A DNA stretch of 63,346 bases, filler included, from Octopus bimaculoides (taxonomy: Eukaryota), in assembly GCF_001194135.2 (NCBI RefSeq). It is 8 parts of 8 records of this genome, joined end to end, with 100 filler letters (N's around TTAATTAATTAA, not from the genome) between each part and the next. Parts side by side here need not be neighbours in the genome. Positions count along the whole stretch, not along the records: positions 37,002 to 59,327 come from NC_068993.1; positions 59,428 to 61,955 come from NW_026436012.1; positions 62,056 to 63,346 come from NC_068998.1; 5 more parts are not named here. One strand, written 5' to 3'. Of the stretch, positions 53,015-63,346 are shown in pieces. Each line of letters starts with the position of its first letter. Positions within the stretch are counted from its first letter, which is position 1. The translations under genes and the position numbers were made by a program. The notes under the pieces are model-generated. The model searched no databases. It had not been told where the DNA came from and saw only the letters and a list, made by a program, of their open reading frames with translations.

Positions 53015-53581
53015 GTAGGTAGGTAGAGAGAGAGAGAGAGAGAGAAAGACACAGAGAGAGATGTGCGTATCTGATTATGTGTATGTCCCTTCTCCAACAC
53101 CCTTCTCAGTAACTGTTGGTAACCTAACGACGGTTCGGCAAAAGAGAGCGACAGAGAAACTACCGGTCTATAAAATTAAAAGGCAGTGGGGTCGAATCTT
53201 TCGACTAAAATATTTACAGACGATGCCCCAGCATGGCCACTGTCTAATGTGTACAACAGAAGAGATAAATGATATATAATGAGCAAAAAGTACATAGGTT
53301 TGATATGCCTCGGTATTCGATATCACAGGATATCACGTTTTAATTGAAGTGCTCAGATTCGTTTCAAAAGTGTAGCTTGGAATATCCTTTCGCACGCTTA
53401 GGATAGCCGAGTGATAACGCAACGATGGATGGGAGTTTAATGTGATTAGTTATAAGGACCGAAACCTAAACGGTAAACATTATCGTGCATCGAGTGCATC
53501 GATTTCTACAGATACATATTCATATGCATGAATGCATGCATACATACACAAATACTCACACACATCACTCTCTTTATCTCC

Positions 53582-53626
<45 letters not shown>

Positions 53627-53779
53627 AAACACACACACATATGCATGTATATATCTATGTATATATTTACGCATTTTAATATATGCATGATTGTATGTAT
53701 GTAGTAAGGTATGTATGTCTGCATGTATGTATTTATTTATATATATATATATAAATAAATAAATATATATATATATGTA

Positions 53780-53877
<98 letters not shown>

Positions 53878-56800
53878 AAGTATAAGGAGGCAGTCGGGAT
53901 TCTGGATAATCCATTAATAGTGCTTTCTTTCGATTACGAACTCATCAAAACAAAAATCAAAATGGTCATTTTTCTTTTTATCTTTTCTATTTACCTGGCT
54001 TTCTATTTATTTGTTTATTTAGCTATTTATACAATCTCTTGCTTAATCCTCAATAGATTTATGTACCCAACTCTATCTATTGATCTTTCTCTCTCTTTCT
54101 CTCTTTCTTTCTCTCTCTCTCTCTCTCCCTCTCTCATTCTCTTCTTCTCTCATTCTCTCGCTCAACGAAAATTTAAAGTGCATTTTCTGCGAAAAAGCTC
54201 CTCGATATAAACTCTGAAAAAAGAAACTAAGAAATTTACGTTTATTCAATGCAAATTTAATTGCAATATGTAAATATCTCTAATGAAAATCATACGTTTT
54301 TACCACGTTTCGTTCTAAATGTTCAATATTCTATTATATATTATATTGCCCATTATATGTGTGTGTTTATGCATGTATGTGCAGTAAGTGTATACATGTT
54401 TGTCTGTGTATGTATACATATACGTATGTGTTTGTGTATTTATACTTACATACATATATATATATGTATATATGCAAGCATGTGTATGCCTGTTTATGTG
54501 TGTAGGTCCTTCTTACTGATGTTTCTAAATTTATTTACCGTTTAAAAGTACAGGAAATATGGCGGAATTTGAGAGTTAAGACTGTCTGTCAAAATGGGCA
54601 TACGGAATAATAAGGATGATTACGCTGATAATGTTTGTACTGACTATAACGATGGATTACGANNNNNNNNNNNNNNNNNNNNNNNNNNNNNNNNNNNNNN
54701 NNNNNNNNNNNNNNNNNNNNNNNNNNNNNNNNNNNNNNNNNNNNNNNNNNNNNGAGAGAGAGAGAGAAAGAGAGAGGGAGAAAGAGAGAGAGAGAAAGAG
54801 AGATGAATGTACGTAGGTATACATATTTATTGATGTACGTATGCATGCTTTCATGTGCAAATGTATGTTTGGATGTGTGTATATATGTATATATGCAAGC
54901 ATGTGTATGCCTGTTTATGTGTGTAGGTCCTTCTTACTGATGTTTCTAAATTTATTTACCGTTTAAAAGTACAGGAAATATGGCGGAATTTGAGAGTTAA
55001 GACTGTCTGTCAAAATGGGCATACGGAATAATAAGGATGATTACGCTGATAATGTTTGTACTGACTATAACGATGGATTACGATTGGTAAAAGGAAAATT
55101 ATGAGGAGGCGGATAAGTAAAACAAGATGAAAATGATAATTACAACATAAAACATAAGGAAATATGCCAGAATATGACATGCTGCAATTAATCCCACCGA
55201 CGTAAATTGATACTTTCGTTTCTTTTCCCTTTTACTTGTTACAGACATTAGGCTGCGGTCATGCTGGGGCACCGCATTGAAGAATTTTGATCGACGGAAT
55301 GGACACCAGTACATATTTTTATTTTGAGCCCGCCACTTATTTTATCGATCTGTTTCGACGAACTGTTAACTTAAAGGCACGTTACGTAGCGGTCCAGCAA
55401 AAAACAGATTAAGTACCAGCCTTTAAAACAAATGGGGGCGATTCAGTCGACCAAAACTTCATTCAAGGAGTTGTCGCAGCATTGTTATGGTCTAATGATG
55501 GAAACAAATAAAAGATAAAATATAGAAGCTTCGTACATACATACATACATACATACATACATACATGCATACATACATACATACATACATACATACATAC
55601 ATACATGCATGCATACATACATACATACATACATACATGCATGCATACATACATACATACATACATGCATACATACATGCATGCACACATACATACATAT
55701 ATACACACACACATACATACATACATATTCACATACACATACACACATACTCATACAGACACACGCACACACGCACAAACGTATATATTAAATGCATATT
55801 TGAAAACAAAGGACTGTAACAGGTATTGCAAGGAAAAGTTTCCAACTCTCTAATAATACTTCAAGTTTTGAGCTCTGGACTGGTACTCTGTTTATCAACT
55901 CGCAAAGGAGAAAAGCTAAAACTGACCTCGAAGAATATTTGAAATTAGAATACGCAAAATTTGAGTAAATACCACGATAGTATATCAAATATGACCTAGA
56001 AGCTTCTATCACACTTCCGGTAACTATTTTAAAATACTTTGACAATTATGCAGGCCTGTCGTTCTTCGTTACACATTCAAACGTATCTCCAATACTCCAG
56101 AACACAATCAAGAAACAACATCAAACTTTGAATGTGACTACTATCAGAATCAGGATGGTTTCTGATAAGATTATCTCCGAAAGCGCTGCAATGTACTTCC
56201 TCAAAGACAGCCATTTTAAAAATAGTATCACATATCTAATAAGATAGATATATATTGTTAGTGGGTCACGTAGTTTTGCCATGATTGCTTTGATCATAAG
56301 TCTGCTGTGTCAAACTTCCCCTGAGGATAAACCATAACAGCAGCAGACAGCTGATGGGCAGAGTCTCAGAAATTTCTAACAAAATATTTCGCAGTGATTC
56401 TTCTTGTTTCCAACATTCTAAGTTGAAATGTTCTATGTGAAAAATTTGACTTCCGTCTTTTCGTGGTTCATAAACAGAGTACCATTCCAAGCGCAAGACA
56501 TACAGCATCCTTAGAGAGTCGGGTGGCAGATGTGCTAGTACGACCCTGCTTGGCATAGCAGCAAAATTGCACCATATTTGAAAATACCCATTATCAGTTT
56601 GATTTAAATAGTTCTAATACGCAATAAGTAGATCGACAGGATTGCCATGCTTGGATTATATTTGAACATTAGTGTCTACTTAGTAAAACAAATGTAACCT
56701 AGGGACTTAGTAACAACACTAATATCGATATCATGAAGAAAACAAGAGGAGTAAGTGAAGAATACGCCAAATAATCTATAGAACACAATAAAGCCACAGT

Positions 56801-57330
56801 ATGAGAAAACAAGCATTCTTGTATTCCTCAAGGTGTAAGACAAGTTAGATCTGGAGTCGCCATATTATGTGTTCTGCCGATGCCCTAAGTGCCAAAGGTC
56901 CACTTCATCTTGGATTGCAGAACAACATCAACAATAACAATTATACGAATCACAACTGGCAAGTTTAACAATTGTAATAACAACTGTCACAATAGCTCGT
57001 CTTTACAATTAAAAGATGGCGTTCAGTTCACCCATCTCTTATCGGCTTATTTCATCGTTGAAACTAAAACACACGCTCAAACACACAGACATACGCGCGC
57101 GCGCATACACACACACGCACGCCCACAGACTGACAGTAACTATAAACACACTCCCTCGCATATTAAGTTACATTAATACATTTATATATATACATATAAC
57201 TCAAGCTAGAGGAGAGGCGAGGACAGAAGGTTGGAGAGATACGGAGAAATATGAGGAGGAGCAGATGCTCAGAGTACATGAATGAGTCTGTCTTTGAATG
57301 CTGTGTGTGCATCTGTGTGTGTGTGTTTGT

Positions 57331-57450
<120 letters not shown>

Positions 57451-58167
57451 CTTAGGCTGCGTCTAGACATGTCTTATTTAATCTGGTCTTGCTGTCTATA
57501 GTGTCGTTTACAATGAACTGATCCGGGACTCCGTTGCCCGCAAGGGATGTCGGGAAATGCCAAGCTAATTTATCGTTGAGGAAACTGCAAAGAACAGACA
57601 TACGTATACAAATATACAAACAGGCACACGGAAATATACCCACACACACACAATTATATATTCATTTATACATACAAAAATAAGCGTACAGAAAGCCGTA
57701 CACACAAACACACATATAAATGTACAGATTCATATTCAGTGATACACATTCACACATATATGCAGACATTTATGTAAACGCACTGATATGCAAAAACATT
57801 TATACATACCTGCTCAAACGAATATAGATTCACAATTTCATATCTATACACGAATATATATATATATGCAAGCAAATACACAGATACGTTTATAAATACA
57901 CACGTGATGACCGCACGTATGAGCTTGGGTCTGAAACTACATTAATTGTTATACTCAAATCAAACACATTTATGATACCAATCCGGTCTTCCTTTCCTAA
58001 ATTTTGGATCTCAGTTGACTAGCAGGGGAACATATACACGCTCACAGACTCACGGACCCACAGACGATGAGATAAATTAAGAGAAACAGAGAGATATAGA
58101 GAGGAAGAGCGAAAGGAAGTGACTATAAGAGTTACAAAAAGAGAACCAGGAAACAATGCATTTATTG

Positions 58168-58229
<62 letters not shown>

Positions 58230-58369
58230 GTTTCTCACTTTCGCTCGCTTTTTCTCTTTCTCATCTTTATACATACAAACATGCACACATGCATATATAC
58301 ATACATGCATACATACATACAAACATACATACATACATACATACAAACATACATACATACACACGGTAT

Positions 58370-58590
58370 ATTCAGGTCCCGATTATGTAGCTGGGATATG
58401 TAGCACACTGCATAAATACCAATCTTGAGAAATTAGGATTCTCAGAACCAAAATGGAGTAAGGTAATTCGAAGACTTGAGATCCAATCCATCACTTTAAC
58501 TGGAAAAATCTGTAAAACTTTCCATAATTTTATTATTTAAATATACATGAGCATGTCTAGATATGCAACTATATGCATGAGAATACATTT
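58370..58590 (+). mobile_element. R4/Dong-like LINE 3' end (second copy)
   Basis: Colinear with 70-310 (GGGATATGTA.CACACTGC.TAA.TACCAATCTTGAGAAATTAGG...CAACTATATGCATGAGAATACAT). Confidence 0.7.
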
Positions 58591-58989
58591 TTTTCGCCCT
58601 TTTAAAGCCTAGCCAGACTCATGGGCCCGGTTTCACATCACCACACCCCAATCTCGCATATCACACCCCTTATAACACCACACCACCACATCACACACCA
58701 CCGCACCACAAACCACCACACCACCACATGATACCAAAACAACACAAAACAACACACCACACATCACCACACCACCATATCACTACACATCACCACGCCA
58801 CAACACCACACCACAACACAACACGCAACACCCTACATCGCCACCCCACCACGCCACATCGCACCACCCGCATACACTAGCACTGACCAGTTCTGAGCAC
58901 CCACACCACCATCCACACACTTACACACGCACATATCTACACGTCAAGGTCACCAACCCTTATCCACACGCACTCACACTCTCACATGC

Positions 58990-59280
58990 ACACGCACGCA
59001 TACCTTCATTTCGGGATCACCACTGCTTTATTACCTCCTCTTCTTCCTAGCTCTCCTCTCTGACCCCCATTGACCTACCAGCCAACCTGATTGACCGCTA
59101 GCTGCTAAAGATTTTTATTATTTTCTCTTTGTTTATTTTCTCATGTTCCTTTCTGATGAAGTGCGTAGGCTCCAAACGCAAAAAGACTTTCTCATGTTCC
59201 CGAACGTTAAACTAATACACTTGTATGCTGTTTATACACCAGTCTTCGTCTTTTGATTTTTTTGTAAATTCCAACTATAT
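58990..59280 (+). mobile_element. Penelope-like terminal repeat containing a mutated hammerhead
   Basis: CTTT-CTGATGAA-GTGC-GTAG-GCTC-CAAA-CGCA-AAAG at 59149-59186 fits a minimal PLE hammerhead with substitutions in GAAA, stem II and the cleavage triplet. Confidence 0.5.
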
Positions 59281-60495
59281 ATATGTATATTTATATATAA
59301 TATATGTATATATATATATATATATATNNNNNNNNNNNNNNNNNNNNNNNNNNNNNNNNNNNNNNNNNNNNTTAATTAATTAANNNNNNNNNNNNNNNNN
59401 NNNNNNNNNNNNNNNNNNNNNNNNNNNAAAACATTAATGAAAAATGTGGCCCCCGTTTTAAAATAGATCCGAACTATCTTCTATTCATGAAGAAGGCCAC
59501 GTATGCACGAAATATAAGTTTCTTCCTTTGTTGTATAATTTGCACTCACTTTTTATTCTACACAGCAATAATTTCCCTAATACAATACCTAATTGCTACT
59601 GGAGATCAGCCATTTGGCCATTCTTCTCGATATCTCCTCATAATAATCAGACAGTAAGATTATGTTGCTGTGTTTCCTACTCCAACGCACTCGACAACGT
59701 CGTCCGACGTCACAAGTTTTGCTTGTGTGTGTAAAGTATCGGCAGGTGGTTCACAAATAAAAGAATGAATGATTAATGTCTATGAATTAAATCCCATGTC
59801 ACCTAAACGATTTGGTATTTCCTTCATACGTATTCAGAAGTAATTTTCTTGTCGTTTACTTCATTTTATATTCTAGTATTTTTATAAATCTATCTAAGAT
59901 TCTACTTATTAAAGCAAAAATTTTAACCACGTTGCTCATTAAAACTCTTTTACTTGGTCATTTGACTGTGGCCATGCTGCAGCACCGCCTTTAGTCGAAG
60001 AAATCGACCCACCCCAGGACTTATTCTTTGTAAGCCTAGTACTTATTTTATCGGCCTCTTTTGCCGAACCACTAGGTTACGGGGACGTAAACGCACCAGC
60101 ATCGGTTGTCAAGCGATGTTGGGGGACAAACACAGACACACAAACATATACGCACACAAACATAAGGCTTTAGTCGGCCCGAGGCTATAGTAGAAGACAC
60201 TTGCCCAAGCTGCCACGCAGTGGGNNNNNNNNNNNNNNNNNNNNNNNNNNNNNNNNNNNNNNNNNNNNNNNNNNNNNNNNNNNNNNNNNNNNNNNNNNNN
60301 NNNNNNNNNNNNNNNNNNNNNNNNNNNNNNNNNNNNNNNNNNNNNCTCCTGCGCCTAGACTAAACTAATTTTAATAACATACTGGTAGAGTGTACTAGAA
60401 ATACACCTTAACAAGCGGGGTAATTCTTCAATGACCAAAGTCTTATCAAAACACCCATTTTTAATTCCCAGTCTAATTCTAAGTAGAAATTACTT

Positions 60496-60612
60496 TACGA
60501 AGGCGTGGGGCTGAAAAATTCCTGACTTTGGGTAAAAGAAAATGCAAGAGGAGCCGTTAATTATGATTTTATTCACCATATTCCCCTCTCGCATTAACAC
60601 ACTTATTGTGGA
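60496..60612 (-). mobile_element. mariner-derived MITE end
   Basis: TA-CGAAGG...GCTGAAAAATTCCTGACTTTGGG is a mariner-type TIR, followed by the typical ...GAGAGGGGAATATGGTGAATAAAAT transposase tail on the minus strand. Confidence 0.55.
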
Positions 60613-60681
60613 TCAGATACGAATGTGAATATCTGGTCACCGTTGTTCTTCGTCATCGGAGAATACCTCCCCACATTCGAC

Positions 60682-61021
60682 CAGTAGTTCTCGACCATTT
60701 TTTACCAATGAACCCCCTTAATTACTATTTTTCTCTGGTGGACCCCCCATAGCCATTTGATGTTTAAAATCTATTTTATAGAAACTTCTTACAAAATTCC
60801 TATTTTGTTTTTCACACATTAACTTGTGTAGGTTGAACTATGTAAACCGTCCGAGACAAAAAATCTAGCTGTCTCTTGCAATAAATACATCCAAAGCAAA
60901 ATCTTTTCATGGACCCTTAATATACTACTATGGGTCCCAATTTAATATTTTGCTTGTGTGGACCTCCAAAAATCTTATAAGGACCCCCACGGATCATATA
61001 GATCCCGGTTAGGAACCACTG
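60682..61021. mobile_element. hAT/Charlie-like MITE
   Basis: Termini CAGTAGTTCTCGACC and GGTTAGGAACCACTG; no intact TSD seen. Confidence 0.6.
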
Positions 61022-61289
61022 TTTTATAAGATGTGTGTTCATAACATCCGAGTCATCGCTGTAAGGGGACTCTAAGACTTTGTGATGTTTCTACATCGTT
61101 GTGTGTCTCCTCAGTCAAAGCTACCATTCATGCCTATGAATCTACAAGCACTTAGACACCCAGTGTGTTTGACAACTTGATGATTATTTGTAATATCTTC
61201 TCAAAATTGATTCATCTAAATAGAAAGCTTGTAATTGAATAAAAATGCTGATCGAACTAATTGATGTTCTGAAATTTTCGAGATTCAAG

Positions 61290-61470
61290 AGTGCTGTTAA
61301 GCATTTTGCCTGTCTTTACGCTCTAAGTTCAAATTCCGCCCAAGTCGACTTTGCCTTTCATCATTTCTGGGTTGATAAAATAAGTACCAGTTGGGCAATG
61401 GGGTCGATTTAATCAACTTAGCTCCTCCCCAAAATTCCTGGCCTTATGCCAAAATTTAAAACCAATATTT
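61290..61470 (+). mobile_element. SINE family B (GTCGACTTTGCCTTTCATC...GATAAAATAAGTACCAG)
   Basis: The same core occurs at about 7890-8290, 13120-13315, 18265-18480, 23465-23600, 24300-24490, 37640-37800 and 43275-43345. Confidence 0.8.
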
Positions 61471-61919
61471 CATAAAACTAATAACAAACCAACCGAATAA
61501 ATGGAGTGAGACGGTCTTAGTGTTCCAGATTTGCTATGTCCTAGAAGTGTCATAGCATTATAAGTAAACATATAACTAGTAATATTTAATAAAGCAAATG
61601 ACAAAGCAATCCAATAGGAAAACAGGTTAGTAACCAAATCGCCATATTATCACAACCGCACCATCTTAAAGCAAAAGAGAAAATATACAAAAGATATGTT
61701 GTATAAAGTGATAGCGGATAAAGCTTGAAAACAGTAAAATTTATTGGGGGGTCATGACTGGAATACCTTTGAAAATACGAATTGTTGATATGAGGGTAAA
61801 CAACCACAACAATTAATAAGCAGTGGGGGCAATGGCGGTGGTTTTGTAGTAGTGGTGGTGGTCGTCTTCGTAATAGTAATGGTGTATTAGTAATAGTGAT
61901 TGTACTGGTGGTGATGATG

Positions 61920-61955
<36 letters not shown>

Positions 61956-63143
61956 NNNNNNNNNNNNNNNNNNNNNNNNNNNNNNNNNNNNNNNNNNNNT
62001 TAATTAATTAANNNNNNNNNNNNNNNNNNNNNNNNNNNNNNNNNNNNNNNNNNNNTATATATATATATATATGCATAAACATATATATGTTATATGTGTG
62101 TGTGTACACTTGTGCATGTGTGAGTGCACATTTGTGTGGTGTGCAAGTATCTGTTTATGCACATTCCTGCCTTTGTGTCTTTAGTCTACCTGTGTGTAAG
62201 TATGCATATACATGGTAAAACGCTCGACTAACATCGTAATTTATTCTCGAAGAAATATTTAATTGTTGGAGCTGGTTTAAATTAAGATAAAAAAATGCAA
62301 TTATCTATTCAAATGCGGCTGAACAACGCACAGACACACACACACACACACACACACACGTCTATGGGATTAGAGTTTGCATGCACTCATATATGCAATC
62401 ATAGATAAATACAAACATACAAAATTCACGCCCCCTCACACACACACAACACACGCGCGCACACACGCATGACTCCTATTTATGTGTTTATGTGGAATGT
62501 GTACGCATCGATCCATACATACTCACGTATGCATATATATATATATATATATATGTTCATATATATAAATTTACATATATATATATATAAATATAAACAT
62601 TATATAGACATTCATGTTTATGCATATACATGAATATATATGTATATATAACTACATATATAAGCATATACACAAAATATATATGCATACGGTTATGTAC
62701 ATATATATATATATATATGTATATATATGTGCATATATCTACATACATATATACATATGTATGCACACACACACACATATATATGCATTTATATATATTT
62801 ATAAATATATATATACATATATATGCATATATATATATATGTGTGTGTATGTATTATATATAGCCAAAGACATGCGCATACATACACATATACATACATA
62901 GATGCATGAAATTAAATTTGATCAGCCAAAATACCAGATTAGCTAAAACTGCTGCCATACTCAACATGACCAAATGAAAGTCTGTATGTTCAGTCAACCT
63001 TTAGTATCAAGACGGATGACTGGAAATAGATTCATTCATTTAGTCTCGTGGTAGTTTTAGCTAGTTTCGGTTGACTGACTGGACTAATTTATTTATACTC
63101 TACCACTGGCATTGAGTGCGTTTGCTTGCGTTGTCAGCTAACA

Positions 63144-63210
<67 letters not shown>

Positions 63211-63286
63211 TTATCTATCTATCTACATACATATACATATATATTATATATTATGAATATATGTATTATGTTTATATATAGAGAGA

Positions 63287-63326
<40 letters not shown>

Positions 63327-63346
63327 AAGAGAGTCACATATGTATA

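Overview
AT-rich, microsatellite-dense eukaryotic scaffold with many N gaps. The SINE/LINE repertoire looks like octopus/cephalopod DNA (inferred from repeat families, not verified). Most of the window is intronic or intergenic and filled with decayed transposons: RTE, R4/Dong, CR1/L2-like and Penelope-like retroelements, Tc1/mariner remnants, hAT-, piggyBac- and Merlin-like MITEs, and at least three SINE families. Nearly all ORFs in the supplied track are microsatellite or gap artefacts. The one well-supported host exon is a 130-nt IKK-family (TBK1/IKKepsilon-like) kinase exon at 14753-14882 (+), wedged between transposons; I could not find its neighbouring exons. The most interesting non-coding signals are three type I hammerhead-ribozyme motifs of the Penelope type. 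The one at 49054-49145 has an intact core and abuts a perfect 37-bp hairpin. Other notable points are an abrupt CpG-poor to CpG-rich switch at the 18.6 kb gap, a three-layer transposon nest with intact target-site duplications, and a speculative phase-compatible exon chain on the minus strand. There is no rRNA, true tRNA or CRISPR.
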